From Desulfosoma sp. (GTDB lineage Bacteria; Desulfobacterota; Syntrophobacteria; Syntrophobacterales; DSM-9756), in NCBI GenBank assembly GCA_037481835.1, contig JBBFKW010000002.1:160001-224000 (forward strand): a DNA stretch of 64,000 bases. The letters are read 5' to 3'. Under the pieces are notes generated by a model. The model had not been told where the DNA came from. It searched no databases and saw only the letters and a list, made by a program, of their open reading frames with translations. Of the stretch, positions 9,397 to 19,823 are shown in pieces (within the stretch, counting starts at the first letter, position 1; every line of letters starts with the position of its first letter). A program made the position numbers and the translations under genes.

Positions 9397-9403
9397 GGGG
9401 GCT

Positions 9404-9432
9404 TTTTTACTTCAGAGGATGCGCTTTGGCAA
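9404..9432 (-). promoter_or_regulatory. Putative sigma70 promoter of selC
   Basis: Minus strand TTGCCA-17 nt-TAAAAA ending 7 nt before the tRNA. Confidence 0.6.
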
Positions 9433-9462
9433 GCCCTTGTGCGGGATGATGGGGAAAGAAGA

Positions 9463-9557
9463 GTGTTGGGGTTCGCTGCGCTCACCCCAACCTCCATCTC
9501 GCCGCACCATATGCTCGAACAAACGCGTAGGTTGGGGTGAGCGAAGCAAACCCCAAC
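9463..9557. repeat. Inverted pair of REP-like palindromes, copies 2 and 3
   Basis: 9463-9495 (minus) ggag-gttggggtgagcgcagcgaaccccaacac; 9527-9557 (plus) gtag-gttggggtgagcgaagcaaaccccaac. Confidence 0.8.
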
Positions 9558-9667
9558 GGACATTTGGTGCGCCATATTTCGTGCGAGACATTTGGGCGCT
9601 GCACTCGACCTGCGTTTTGCTCCCCCGAACCGACGTAGACACAACGGGGGAAACGCGGGAAACGCTC

Positions 9668-9793
9668 CTAGAGCTTGTCCGATAATAAAAAATGGCGATG
9701 TTTTTCCTGGGAGTGCGGGCGTCTCGCCCGCCTATGGGGCGGCCGAGATTCCCGCGCTCTTCGGGACAAAGCCGTTCTCGGACAAGCTGTTAG
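9668..9793. mobile_element. MITE-like element of about 125 bp
   Basis: Terminal inverted repeats agcttgtccga (9672-9682)/tcggacaagct (9778-9788), TAG near both ends, internal GC hairpin at 9705-9766; no coding capacity. Confidence 0.55.
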
Positions 9794-10965
9794 CGGCCTT
9801 TTTTCTTCTTCGGGGGCTGGACGCGGATGAGTTCGTAGTCCCGGAAGCCCAGTCCCAAGGATTCCGCATACTCCAGCTGGTGTTCCCACGGGATGTTGGG
9901 GTAGACGGCGCGGATCTTGTCCGTCGGTGCCGGGTTCATGGACCCGAGCCGGCTGCCGGCCAAAACAGGCTGGGCGTTCATGAGATCCACCGAAGCCTGG
10001 TCAATGGCTACGGGGTCCGCCGAGGCCATGATGCCCAGGTCCGCCACAATGGGGGCGTCCGCCGAGGCGTGGCAGTCGCACGCCGGGGAAATCTGGGTCA
10101 AGAAGTTGATGAAGAAGCTTTTGTCCTGCTTTCCGTAAAGAGCCCCCACCGTGTACTCGACCATGCGCTCCATGAACCCCGCGATGTCGTTATCCCAATT
10201 GATGTCGATGGCTTCTTCCGGGCAGGCGTGGATACAGGAGCCGCATCCCACGCACTTGGCGGGGTCGATGCGGGCGATCTTCTTGATGGAATCTTTGGGC
10301 CGCGCCATGCCTTCCGGCCGATCGGCCAAGGAAAGGGCGTCGTGGGCGCACACCTTGAGGCAGGTCCCGCAGGCGATGCACTTTTTGGGCCGAATCCTGG
10401 GTTCCATGACGCTGTGCTGCTGCAGCTTGCCGCGCCGGGAAGCCGCGCCCATGCCCACGTTCTTCATGGCCCCGCCGAACCCGGCCAGTTCGTGCAGCTT
10501 GAAATGGGCGACCGACACCAGGGCCTCGGCCCGGGCGACGGCCGACGCGATGTAGGTATCTTGACACCGCTTGAGGCACACCGGCACGGCCACTTCATCC
10601 CGGCCGTCCAGACCGTCGGCGATGATGAGGGGGGCCCCCACCACTTCCAGGACAAAGCCGTTGCGCACGGCCGTGAGCAGATGATCCACGGCGTTGCCCC
10701 GCGTGCCCACGTAGAGCGTCCCCGCATCCGTGAGAAAAGGGCGCCCTCCGGCTTGTGCGATGGCGTCGATGATGGGGCGCACGAGAAGCGGCCGGACGAA
10801 AGCCGTGTTTCCCCGTTCGCCGAAATGGATTTTTACGGCCGTCAAAGCCTTCTTGGGGATGCGGCTTGCCAATCCGGCTTCCTTCAGGAGCAGGTGGATC
10901 TTGTCCAAAAGATTCCACGTGTCGTCGGCTCGAAGATCGATGAAATAAACGGCGCTTCGCGGCAT
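9790..10965 (-). CDS. DUF362-domain Fe-S protein with two 4Fe-4S ferredoxin motifs
   Basis: VKIHFGERGN, HFKLHELAGFGGAMKN, CIACGTC and CVGCGSC motifs. Confidence 0.85.
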   Translation of the reverse strand: MPRSAVYFIDLRADDTWNLLDKIHLLLKEAGLASRIPKKALTAVKIHFGERGNTAFVRPLLVRPIIDAIAQAGGRPFLTDAGTLYVGTRGNAVDHLLTAVRNGFVLEVVGAPLIIADGLDGRDEVAVPVCLKRCQDTYIASAVARAEALVSVAHFKLHELAGFGGAMKNVGMGAASRRGKLQQHSVMEPRIRPKKCIACGTCLKVCAHDALSLADRPEGMARPKDSIKKIARIDPAKCVGCGSCIHACPEEAIDINWDNDIAGFMERMVEYTVGALYGKQDKSFFINFLTQISPACDCHASADAPIVADLGIMASADPVAIDQASVDLMNAQPVLAGSRLGSMNPAPTDKIRAVYPNIPWEHQLEYAESLGLGFRDYELIRVQPPKKKKGR

Positions 10966-10980
10966 GTGTTTCCTCTCTTT

Positions 10981-11655
10981 TTACCAGGACAACAAAACGG
11001 CCAAAATACCCGTCAGAAAAATTCCGTCAAAAGTGCCCGCCCCGCCGATGGAAGCCACCGGAGCCTTGAGTTCCCGGATGCGGTTAAGGTTCAGAAGGTC
11101 CGCGCCGATGAGCGTCCCCAGCGTTCCGGCCACATAGGCCGTCGGGGGCGCCCAGTGGGGATTGAGCACAAGCGCGGCCAAGGCGGCCACCAGGGGCGGG
11201 ATGAACATGGGTGTGGCGATCCCCAAGCCGGGAATGGGGCGGGCGATGCGGTGGATCACGGTGGTCACGACCCCGGTGGCGAGCAGCATGCGGATGGGGT
11301 GTTCCGCGTGCATCAACAGGTAGAGGGAAATGAGCGTGGGGATGACGGCGCCGCCCACGTTGACCGCCAGAACCATTTCCCGGGGACGTCGCCACTGGGG
11401 CGGGCGATACCGCATGCCGAAAAACGAAATCAGGGTCAACGGAGGCGGTTCGTCCTCCAGCCGGATGCGTTTCACGGGAATGTTGATCATGCTCCCGATG
11501 ATGCACAGAAAGAGCAAGGAAAACAGCTGCTCCGGCGGGATGCCCAGACGGGCGAAGGCCACGGCGAAAAGGCCGAACTTGACGAGCCCGAAGACCAGAA
11601 ACAGGAGAAAGACGAAGAGGAAAAAGAAAATCACGAGAAACGGCGGGAAAAACAT
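10981..11655 (-). CDS. DUF1614-type membrane protein
   Basis: GSMINIP, AVNVGGAVIP, GTLIGADLLNL and SIGGAGTFDGIFL motifs; start ATG11655. Confidence 0.8.
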   Translation of the reverse strand: MFFPPFLVIFFFLFVFLLFLVFGLVKFGLFAVAFARLGIPPEQLFSLLFLCIIGSMINIPVKRIRLEDEPPPLTLISFFGMRYRPPQWRRPREMVLAVNVGGAVIPTLISLYLLMHAEHPIRMLLATGVVTTVIHRIARPIPGLGIATPMFIPPLVAALAALVLNPHWAPPTAYVAGTLGTLIGADLLNLNRIRELKAPVASIGGAGTFDGIFLTGILAVLLSW

Positions 11656-11666
11656 GACGCATCCTT

Positions 11667-13271
11667 TCAGGCCATGACGGAGCGCACTGCGGGATCCACC
11701 TGTCCCCTGTAATCCGCAAAGTTTTTCCTGAACAGTCCCTTGAGGTGTTCCGCCTGGCTGCGGTAGGCCTCCTTGTCCTGCCAGGTGGCCGACGGGCTCA
11801 GCACTTCCGGGGGCACCCCGGGGCACATCCGCGGCACGAGCAACCCGAAATAGGGCTCCTTTTCAAAATCCACCGTATCCAGAGCGCCGCTCAAAGCCGC
11901 TTGGACCATGGCCCGCGTATACCCGATGGGAATGCGCCGCCCGACGCCGTACGGACCCCCGGACCAGCCCGTATTGATGAGCCAGCATCGAGCCCCGTGA
12001 GCCTCCATGCGTCGGCGGAGCAGTTCGGCGTAGACGGTCGGGGGAAGGGCCATGAAGGGCGCCCCGAAACACGTGCTGAACGTCGCCTGGGGTTCCGTGA
12101 TGCCGGCTTCGGTTCCGGCCACTTTGGCCGTGTAGCCGGAAAGGAAATGGAACATGGCTTCATGAGGCGTCAGGCGCGCAATGGGCGGCAAGACGCCGAA
12201 GGCGTCACAGGTCAGCATGACGATGTCCGTGGGGTGGGGGGCCATGCCGTCCGGGGACGCATTGTCTATGAAAGACAGGGGATAGGCGGCCCGGGTGTTT
12301 TCCGTGAGCGAATCGTCGTTGAGATCGATTTCGCGGCTCTGTGTGTCGATGGCCACATTCTCCAGAACCGTGCCGAATCGCCGGGTGCACTGGAAGATCT
12401 GAGGCTCGGCTTCCGGGGAAAGACGAATGACCTTGGCGTAACAGCCGCCCTCGAAATTGAAAATGCCGTGGTCGCTCCAGCCGTGTTCGTCGTCCCCTAC
12501 CAGGGTTCTCGAGGGGTCGGCGGAAAGGCTGGTCTTCCCGGTTCCGGAAAGGCCGAAAAAGATGGCCGCGCGACCGTCCGGTCCCACATTGGCCGAACAG
12601 TGCATGGGGAAAACGCCTTTTTGCGGCAAGATGAAGTTCATCATGGTAAAGACGGATTTCTTGATTTCACCGCCGTAGCCCGTCCCGCCGATGAGGATGC
12701 GCTTCTTGCCGAAATGCTCGATGATGAAGGCGCCGGAACGGGTGTGGTCCCACTCGGGGGACGCCCGGAAATGAGGCGCGGCGATCAGGGTGTATTCCGG
12801 CTGGAATTCGGCCAGCTCCCGGCGGTCCCGGATCCGAATGAACATGTTGCGGGCGAAAAGACTCTGCCAGGCCATTTCCGTAATGATCCGAACCGGCACG
12901 CGGTATTTGGGGTCGGCCCCCACATAACAATCCTGGACGTAGATTTCCCGGCCCTGCAGGTAGGCGAGAAGCCGCGCCTCCAGCTTGTCGAAATCTCCCG
13001 GGTCGAAGGCCCGGTTCACCGGTCCCCACCAAATCTTGTTTTCACAGGACGGTTCCCGCACAAGGAACTTATCTTGGGGAGCCCGGCCCGTGTAGGCGCC
13101 CGTGCGCACGACCAGAGGACCGCTTCGAGCGAGAAGGCCTTCCTGCCGTTTGATGGCCTGCTCGTAAAGGACGGGCGCCGGGGCGTTGTAAAAGACCCGC
13201 GTGTAGTTCACGATGCCTTGTGCATCCACCGGGACCTTTCTTCCATCAGTCGGTTTGTCACACGTCTCCAT
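11667..13271 (-). CDS. pckA: PEP carboxykinase (ATP)
   Basis: YGGEIKK, MHCSAN, FGLSGTGKT, GDDEHGW and NFEGGCYAK motifs; start taken at ATG13271. Confidence 0.95.
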   Translation of the reverse strand: METCDKPTDGRKVPVDAQGIVNYTRVFYNAPAPVLYEQAIKRQEGLLARSGPLVVRTGAYTGRAPQDKFLVREPSCENKIWWGPVNRAFDPGDFDKLEARLLAYLQGREIYVQDCYVGADPKYRVPVRIITEMAWQSLFARNMFIRIRDRRELAEFQPEYTLIAAPHFRASPEWDHTRSGAFIIEHFGKKRILIGGTGYGGEIKKSVFTMMNFILPQKGVFPMHCSANVGPDGRAAIFFGLSGTGKTSLSADPSRTLVGDDEHGWSDHGIFNFEGGCYAKVIRLSPEAEPQIFQCTRRFGTVLENVAIDTQSREIDLNDDSLTENTRAAYPLSFIDNASPDGMAPHPTDIVMLTCDAFGVLPPIARLTPHEAMFHFLSGYTAKVAGTEAGITEPQATFSTCFGAPFMALPPTVYAELLRRRMEAHGARCWLINTGWSGGPYGVGRRIPIGYTRAMVQAALSGALDTVDFEKEPYFGLLVPRMCPGVPPEVLSPSATWQDKEAYRSQAEHLKGLFRKNFADYRGQVDPAVRSVMA

Positions 13272-13312
13272 GACCTTCCCCCAGATTGTCAAAACAATTG
13301 ATTTGCAGGTTT

Positions 13313-13894
13313 TCAGCGCACAGCGCAGTCCCCGGCTGCGGTGTCGAAGAGGCCTCTTACGGCATCAAAAAAAGTGTTGTATACAGGAACACCCGGGGGT
13401 GCCTCCACGGCGTCTGGAGTGCGCCGTAGGAGCACGGGGAGGCATCCGGCGCTTTCAGCGGCGGCCACATCCGTGAGCTTATCCCCCACAAAGGGCGTTT
13501 GGGCAAGGGGCAGGCCGTAGAGGGAAGCCGCGGCCAGAATCATTCCTGGAGCCGGTTTTCGACACAAACATCCTTCATCGGGCCGATGGGGGCAGTAAAA
13601 AGCGGCGTCGATTCGGCCGCCGAAGGCGCCGATTTCACGGATCATGTAACCATGAATGTCGAAAAAGGCGTCCCACGGCATGAGGCCTCGGTGCAAGGCC
13701 GACTGGTTGCTGACGACGATGACTTGGACTCCGCGGGCGTGCACCCAACGCAGCGCCTCCAAGGCGTCGGGATAAAAAATGAACTCGTTTCGGTTTTTCA
13801 CGTAATCGGAACGATCTTGATTGATGACCCCGTCTCGATCCACCAAGAGAAATCCATGGGAAGAAGGACGCCTGGGGGAAATCCAGCAGATCAC
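13313..13894 (-). CDS. gmhB: HAD IIIA phosphatase, heptose-1,7-bisphosphate phosphatase-like
   Basis: VDRDGVIN, VSNQS, YCPH..CLCRKP and VGDK motifs; start uncertain (GTG13894 after aggag). Confidence 0.75.
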   Translation of the reverse strand: MICWISPRRPSSHGFLLVDRDGVINQDRSDYVKNRNEFIFYPDALEALRWVHARGVQVIVVSNQSALHRGLMPWDAFFDIHGYMIREIGAFGGRIDAAFYCPHRPDEGCLCRKPAPGMILAAASLYGLPLAQTPFVGDKLTDVAAAESAGCLPVLLRRTPDAVEAPPGVPVYNTFFDAVRGLFDTAAGDCAVR

Positions 13895-14012
13895 GCCGTG
13901 GGCTCCTGTGGCGGGGGCCGTTCGCGTCTTGACAGACGATGTTCGGCGGAAAACAATGGGTGTCCGAAAAAAAAACCTGCACCGCCGCCACTGCTCGTAA
14001 CAGGAAATCCCC

Positions 14013-14738
14013 GTGAACGCAAGATCCATGAGATCCCTCCAAAACATCCTGGCCTATCGATTTCGAAACCTCCACGTGCTTCGGCAGGCCTTGATCCATC
14101 GGTCCTACTCCCACGAAAACCCCAGAGAAAGGCGCGGTGACAATGAACGGTTGGAATTCCTCGGCGATGTGGTCCTGAGCCTTACCATTTCCCACATGCT
14201 CTTGGAAAAGTTTCCCGATGCGGACGAAGGCACCCTGTCGCGCATGCGGGCGTCCTTGGTCAACGAAGAGCAGCTCGCCCGGATCGCCGGAAACCTGGGT
14301 CTGGGCGAATTGCTCCTTCTCGGCAAAGGGGAGGAACTTTCCGGGGGCCGCACGAAGCCGTCCATTCTGGCCGACGCCGTGGAAGCACTCCTCGGGGCCG
14401 TCTATTGGGACGGCGGGCTGGAGCCGGCCCTGGCGATTGTGCGGCGGTTTTTTCAGGCCAAACTGGCGCAGGCCGAAACAGACGAGGACCCTCTGCGCCG
14501 TCTGGACAAGGACTTCAAAACCCAGTTACAGGAAGTCTCACAGGCTCGGATGCGTCTCGTGCCCCAGTACGAGGTGGAGCGGGAAGAAGGGCCCGACCAC
14601 GACAAGACCTTTTACATTGCGGTGAGCCTTGCCGGTCGGGTCATCGCCCGAGGGGCGGGCAAGAGCAAGAAAGCCGCCGAACAGGCCGCGGCCCGGGAAG
14701 CCCTGGCCCTTCTCGAAAGCGATCAAGGAAAACCATGA
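14013..14738 (+). CDS. rnc: Ribonuclease III
   Basis: NERLEFLGD signature, ADAVEA, C-terminal dsRBD (DFKTQLQE, GPDH, SKKAAEQAAA). Confidence 0.95.
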   Translation: MNARSMRSLQNILAYRFRNLHVLRQALIHRSYSHENPRERRGDNERLEFLGDVVLSLTISHMLLEKFPDADEGTLSRMRASLVNEEQLARIAGNLGLGELLLLGKGEELSGGRTKPSILADAVEALLGAVYWDGGLEPALAIVRRFFQAKLAQAETDEDPLRRLDKDFKTQLQEVSQARMRLVPQYEVEREEGPDHDKTFYIAVSLAGRVIARGAGKSKKAAEQAAAREALALLESDQGKP

Positions 14739-17700
14739 GTGAAGAACAAGGATTCCGGAAATACCCGGTCGGACTCATCGTTGCCTGTGTGGCGGCCGTT
14801 GCGGCCGTCGCCCTCGGCGGCTTAAAGTTTTTGCAAACCCATCAAAAATCCCAGGAGCGGGAGGCGGAACACTACCTGCTCACCATCGCTCAGCAGAAGG
14901 AAGCCCAGCTCGCCGCCTGGATTCGCGACCAGAAGGAAGACGCCCTGGCGCTCCAGGAGTCGCTGATCTTCGCGGCTCACGCCTATTCGGTCCTGGAAAG
15001 CCCCGAAAGCCCCGTCTCCAAGACCTTGGAAAATTTCGTGCACTACGTCGCCGTAAGTCACGAGGTCGATGATGTGCTGCTGGTGGACCTGGCGGGCCGC
15101 GTGCGGTTTTCGCTACGGGGCACTCAAGAGATCCATGCAGAAGGTCAGGCTGCCCTTGCCGAAGCCATGCGAAACGTTCGGCCCGTCATGACCGATATCC
15201 ACGCGGATCCGAGGACCGGGGACGGCTGCGTGGGCGTCGCCATCCCCGTGAAGGTCCCCTTAAGCGACCCGCCCAGGGCCGCCGGGGGAGCCCTCCTCGT
15301 CACCAAGGCGTCCCGGTTCATGGATCCTCTGATGGAGTCATGGCCCGTGCCGAGCCGAACGGGGGAAGCCCTGCTGGTGCGCCGGGAAGGCGAGAATGTC
15401 CTTTACCTCAACGCCCTGCGCAGCCGCCCCGACAGCGCCCTGAAACTGCGGGTTCCCCTGAGCCGGGCCGATCTTCCCGAGGTCATGGCCGCGCGAGGAC
15501 AAACGGGGGTGGTTCGAGGCACGGATGAGCGTGGCGTCCCGGTGACGGCGGCCATCGTTCCCGTGGAAGGGACGTCGTGGTTCTTGGTGGCCAAGGTGGA
15601 TCGCGCGGAACTGGACGAGGACAATCGGATCCTTTCCGTCTCCATGGGATTGCATTGGATCGGGTTTGCCGCGCTCCTCGTTTTCGTGGTGATCTGGGCA
15701 AGGCAGAGGGCCCGGAAAGAACAGTTCCGCCGCCTCTTTCAGGCGGAATCGGAGCTGCGCAAGACCCTGGTGCGACACGCCGTCGTCCTCGAGGCCATGG
15801 AAGATGCGGTGATCGTCACGGACGCCCGTGGCTTTGTGGAACTGTGCAACCCGGCGGCCGAAAGGCTCACCTGCTGGACGGCCGGCGAAGCCAAAGGAAA
15901 GCCCCTGAAAGACGTTTTTCCCATAGAAGGGGAACCGGGGAAGGAAATCGTCCAGGATCCCGTTTCCTTTGTTCGTGCACGGGTTCGTGAAGGAAGTTTC
16001 AGAGACACCGTTGTGCTGCGCACGCGGGACGGGCGCCGAAAGCCCGTTTCGGTTAGCGTCAGCCTGCTGCGGGAGGCTTCGGGCACCGTAACCGGGGCGA
16101 TCCTGTGCTGTCGGGACCAGAGCGAAGAATTCGTGCGGCGGCGCATCTTGGAAATTCGCCTGGGCTTCATGGAGCGATCCCACGCGGTTCCCCTGGAGGA
16201 GGCCCTTTCCGAAACCCTGGATGCCGTGGGCGATCTCCTGGAAAGTCCCGTGGGATTTTACGCTTCCATAGCGCCGAACGGAGAGGGCATAGAAGCCCGT
16301 TTTGGGTCCTCCGGCGCAGCCCGGGGCTTTTGCCCAGGCGGGGCCCAGAAAGGTCATGAAAGCCTTGAGAAAGACGGCCTGTGGGCCCAAGCCGCCCAAG
16401 AGAAAAGACCGATCATCCTCAACGACGATGCCGAGGGGGCTTTGCGGGGCAGACTGCCTCAAGGACATGGGCCGGTGCAAAGAATCATCGTGGTTCCCGT
16501 GGTACGAGACGGAACCGCCCGAGCGCTCCTTGCTCTGGCGAACAAAGAGACCGCCTATACCGATGAAGACGCCGCCACCCTGGGCCTCGTGGCCGACATG
16601 ATCCAGCAGGTGGTGGAGCACCGCCAGGCCGAAGAGAGGCTGAGGCAGAGTGAAGCGCGCTATAAGAGCCTGTTTCGGGACCACAAGGCCGTAAAGCTTC
16701 TCATCGATCCGGAAGACGGGAGCATCGTGGACGCCAATCAGGCTGCCGTGGAATTCTACGGCTGGTCCCACGAAGAACTCACCCGAATGAAGATCCAGCA
16801 GATCAACACCCTGCCCCCCGAGGCCGTCAAGGAGCGAATCGCCGAGGTGAAGGGGCGGCGTCGCGTGCCTTTTGAATTTCAACATCGGCGGGCCGACGGT
16901 TCCGTAAGAGATGTGGAGGTTTACAGCAGCCGCATCGATGTGAATGGAAAACCCTTCCTGCATTCCATCGTTCACGACGTCACCGCGAGGAAGCGGATGG
17001 AAGCCGAGCGTGAGCGGTGGCTTACGGCCATCGAACAGGCCGGCGAAGTGGTCCTCATCACGGATGCGGAGGGCATCATCCAATATGTGAACCCGGCCTT
17101 CGAGGCTGTGACGGGCTACAAGAGGGAAGAGGCCGTCGGGCGAAAACCGGCGATCCTGAAAAGCGGCGTCCAGGAAGAGGCGTTTTATAGAGAGTTGTGG
17201 GATAGGCTGCGATCCGGCAAGAAATGGACGGGCCGCATGGTCAACAGGAAGAAAGACGGCACCCTGTACACGGAGGAAGCCACCATCTCGCCCGTCAAGG
17301 ACGCCCAGGGAAACATCGTGAACTATGTGGCCGTCATGCGCGACATTACGGAAAAACTGCAGCTGGAGCAGCAGTTCCATCAAGCCCAGAAGATGGAGTC
17401 GGTCGGCCGATTGGCAGGCGGGGTCGCCCACGATTACAATAACAGCCTGACCATTATCCTGGGCTTTGCGGATCTGGCGCTTAAAGAGATCCCTCCGGAC
17501 AGCCCGGCCGCCCGTCATATCCACGAGATCATCCAGGCTGCAAACCGTTCTGTGGCCATTACGCGGCAGTTGCTCGCCTTCGCCCGCAAACAGATCATCG
17601 AACCCGTGATCATGGACCTTAACGTGTCCGTGGAATCGACCCTGAAGATGCTCCGGCGCCTCATCGGCGAAGACATCGAGCTCGTGTGGAAGCCGGGACC

Positions 17701-18526
17701 CAACCTGTGGAAGGTCAAGATGGATCCGGCCCAGCTGGATCAAATTTTGGCGAACCTCTGCGTCAACGCCCGAGATGCCATCGGCGGGGTGGGGACCATC
17801 ACGCTGGAGACGGAAAACGCGGTATTGAGCGAGGAATACTGCGCGGGGCGTGCCGAGTTCGTCCCGGGGGAGTATGTCATGCTGGCGGTGACGGACACCG
17901 GCTGCGGCATGGACAAAGAGACCCTGGGCAAGATTTTCGAACCCTTCTTCACCACGAAAGAAATCGGCAAGGGAACCGGCCTGGGCCTGGCCACGGTGTA
18001 CGGCATCGTGCGTCAAAACCGCGGGTTTATCAACGTCTACAGCGAACCCGGGGTGGGCACCACTTTTAAGATTTACATCCCCCGAGAACCTGAGGCCGAG
18101 ACGGATCACACGGAGAAGCTCCAGGATGCCGGCGAGGTGCCTCGTGGCCGAGGGGAGACGATCCTTTTGGTGGAAGATGACCTCATCTTGCTGGAAATGA
18201 CTCGGATCTTGCTCACCCAACTGGGTTATACCGTGCTCGAGGCCGCAAGCCCCCAGGATGCGGCGGCTTTGGCCCGAAGCCACGAAGGCCCCATCCATGC
18301 GCTCATGACCGATGTGATCATGCCCGGGATGAACGGCAAAGAGTTGGCGGACCTTGTGCGGGAACTGAGGCCCGGCATCCGGGTGCTGTTCATGTCGGGA
18401 TACACGGCGAATGTGATCGCCCATCACGGGGTGCTGGACCCCGGCGTCGCCTTCATTCAGAAACCTTTTGGCCTTTGGGATCTCGCGTCGCGAATCCGCC
18501 AGGTGCTGGACGGCGCGACGGCATGA
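14735..18526 (+). CDS. Membrane hybrid histidine kinase (2 TM, PAS/GAF/PAS/PAS, HisKA-HATPase, receiver)
   Basis: GVAHDYNN H-box, VNARDA, DTGCG, GTGLGL, C-terminal LLVEDD..TDVIMP..QKPF; ATGA overlap with the rnc stop. Confidence 0.9.
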   Translation: MSEEQGFRKYPVGLIVACVAAVAAVALGGLKFLQTHQKSQEREAEHYLLTIAQQKEAQLAAWIRDQKEDALALQESLIFAAHAYSVLESPESPVSKTLENFVHYVAVSHEVDDVLLVDLAGRVRFSLRGTQEIHAEGQAALAEAMRNVRPVMTDIHADPRTGDGCVGVAIPVKVPLSDPPRAAGGALLVTKASRFMDPLMESWPVPSRTGEALLVRREGENVLYLNALRSRPDSALKLRVPLSRADLPEVMAARGQTGVVRGTDERGVPVTAAIVPVEGTSWFLVAKVDRAELDEDNRILSVSMGLHWIGFAALLVFVVIWARQRARKEQFRRLFQAESELRKTLVRHAVVLEAMEDAVIVTDARGFVELCNPAAERLTCWTAGEAKGKPLKDVFPIEGEPGKEIVQDPVSFVRARVREGSFRDTVVLRTRDGRRKPVSVSVSLLREASGTVTGAILCCRDQSEEFVRRRILEIRLGFMERSHAVPLEEALSETLDAVGDLLESPVGFYASIAPNGEGIEARFGSSGAARGFCPGGAQKGHESLEKDGLWAQAAQEKRPIILNDDAEGALRGRLPQGHGPVQRIIVVPVVRDGTARALLALANKETAYTDEDAATLGLVADMIQQVVEHRQAEERLRQSEARYKSLFRDHKAVKLLIDPEDGSIVDANQAAVEFYGWSHEELTRMKIQQINTLPPEAVKERIAEVKGRRRVPFEFQHRRADGSVRDVEVYSSRIDVNGKPFLHSIVHDVTARKRMEAERERWLTAIEQAGEVVLITDAEGIIQYVNPAFEAVTGYKREEAVGRKPAILKSGVQEEAFYRELWDRLRSGKKWTGRMVNRKKDGTLYTEEATISPVKDAQGNIVNYVAVMRDITEKLQLEQQFHQAQKMESVGRLAGGVAHDYNNSLTIILGFADLALKEIPPDSPAARHIHEIIQAANRSVAITRQLLAFARKQIIEPVIMDLNVSVESTLKMLRRLIGEDIELVWKPGPNLWKVKMDPAQLDQILANLCVNARDAIGGVGTITLETENAVLSEEYCAGRAEFVPGEYVMLAVTDTGCGMDKETLGKIFEPFFTTKEIGKGTGLGLATVYGIVRQNRGFINVYSEPGVGTTFKIYIPREPEAETDHTEKLQDAGEVPRGRGETILLVEDDLILLEMTRILLTQLGYTVLEAASPQDAAALARSHEGPIHALMTDVIMPGMNGKELADLVRELRPGIRVLFMSGYTANVIAHHGVLDPGVAFIQKPFGLWDLASRIRQVLDGATA

Positions 18527-18679
18527 AGCGCCATGAGGCCCGTTCCGGGCGGCAATGGCGGATGTGGCCAAAGCGTTGGCGAACACGCCCCTTTCCGGCA
18601 AAGGGGCGGGCTTAGGGAGCGCTGTGCAGGGGTGGCAACGAGGCGTTTAGGGCAAACTCATGAAGGGAGAGGTGGCAGC

Positions 18680-19432
18680 ATGAGTCAGGAAGCGAGGGTT
18701 AAGGCGTTCGAAGAGCTCACGGAAGCGGAATTGATCCCCTGGGTGATGGACGGGCTGCGCCGCACGCTGGTGCATTACGGCTGCTGGTTTCGCGAAGTGG
18801 AGTATCAGTTGGGGATGGCCAAGGCCATGGACGTGGAAGCGGAAGCCGGGGACGCCGCGTTTTCCATCATCTTGAAGCGCCTTTCCAAGGTCCTGGGGTT
18901 TGAAATGGACGGGGACGTGCCCAAGGCGCTCAAGCAACTGGACAAGGCAAAGCTTCTGGAACTCATGGATGCCGTGGGGACCAACTGGCTGGCCAACGAC
19001 GGCGTGTGGTTTCAGGCTGTGGAAAAGCGCTTCGGCATGGATGCCGCCAAGCGCTGTAACGACACCTGCTGGACTCGGTTTTCTCCTTACGAAGCCTTGC
19101 GCATCAAGAAACTCCTCGGCCTCGGCCCGCTCCCGGGCCTGGAAGGGCTCAAGGCGGCTCTGGGCTATCGGCTCTACGCGCGGATCAACCGGCAAACCAT
19201 CGAAGACGTGGACGCCCACAGCTTCATCTTCAGGATGGTGGACTGCCGCGTGCAAGGGGCCAGGAAACGCAAAGGCCTTCCCGACTACCCCTGTAAATCC
19301 GCAGGCCTTGTGGAATATCCCTATTTCGCCGAAGCCATCGACCCGAGAATCCGAACCGAATGCGTGGGGTGTCCTCCCGACGCCCACCCCGATTCATGGT
19401 GGTGCGCCTGGAAGTTCACCCTGAAAGAATAA
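18680..19432 (+). CDS. Conserved Cys/Trp-containing protein (DUF6125-like, internally duplicated HYGxWF/NDGxWF halves)
   Basis: VHYGCWF and ANDGVWFQAVE repeats, CRVQ..R, YPCK, CVGCPPD..CAW; SD ggagagg. Confidence 0.7.
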   Translation: MSQEARVKAFEELTEAELIPWVMDGLRRTLVHYGCWFREVEYQLGMAKAMDVEAEAGDAAFSIILKRLSKVLGFEMDGDVPKALKQLDKAKLLELMDAVGTNWLANDGVWFQAVEKRFGMDAAKRCNDTCWTRFSPYEALRIKKLLGLGPLPGLEGLKAALGYRLYARINRQTIEDVDAHSFIFRMVDCRVQGARKRKGLPDYPCKSAGLVEYPYFAEAIDPRIRTECVGCPPDAHPDSWWCAWKFTLKE

Positions 19433-19619
19433 GCTGAGAAGACCACCGGGTTCGCATGGTCCTGAAGCCTTGAGGATGACGCGGGCTTTAGCCCTGCATG
19501 CGGATATTGTGGCCAAGCCTGTTCCCCCAGAAGGGCGGGAGAAAAGCTTGGCCCTTCAGCGGGGTTCAACGTGACCTGGGGCCCCCTGTGAGCCTAAAAG
19601 ACCCTGGAAGAACGGCCGA

Positions 19620-19668
19620 TGTTGCGCGAAAGCCACATCCGGAAGCGGAGTGTGGCTTTTGTGCGACA
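19620..19668. promoter_or_regulatory. Two palindromic candidate enhancer (UAS) sites, TGTnGC-N6-GCnACA
   Basis: tgttgcgcgaaagccaca (19620-19637) and tgtggcttttgtgcgaca (19651-19668), 31 nt apart. Confidence 0.6.
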
Positions 19669-19776
19669 AGAGAGGGGATGGGGCAAGAGGGGGCTCGAAA
19701 GGGGCTTTTTCCAAGAAACGGGGAAAAACCTAGCGTGGCAAAAGACTTCCACAGCGCACGGGTCTGAAAGGGCCGC

Positions 19777-19791
19777 TGGTATGCTCTTTGC
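19777..19791 (+). promoter_or_regulatory. Sigma54 -24/-12 promoter of lpxC
   Basis: TGGTATGCTCTTTGC fits TGGYA-N6-TTGC with GG-N10-GC spacing; ends 32 nt before the lpxC start. Confidence 0.75.
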
Positions 19792-19823
19792 TCCACCTGA
19801 AAAACTCGAGGAGGAAGAGACCA

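Noticed and set aside
9463..9793. Repeats near selC as a CRISPR array
   Set aside because: Copies are inverted and dispersed with no regular repeat-spacer pattern; no cas genes.
19433..19612. Hairpin-rich intergenic region as an ncRNA such as 6S
   Set aside because: Only a short ggccaagc/gcttggcc stem was found, with no family signature I can support.
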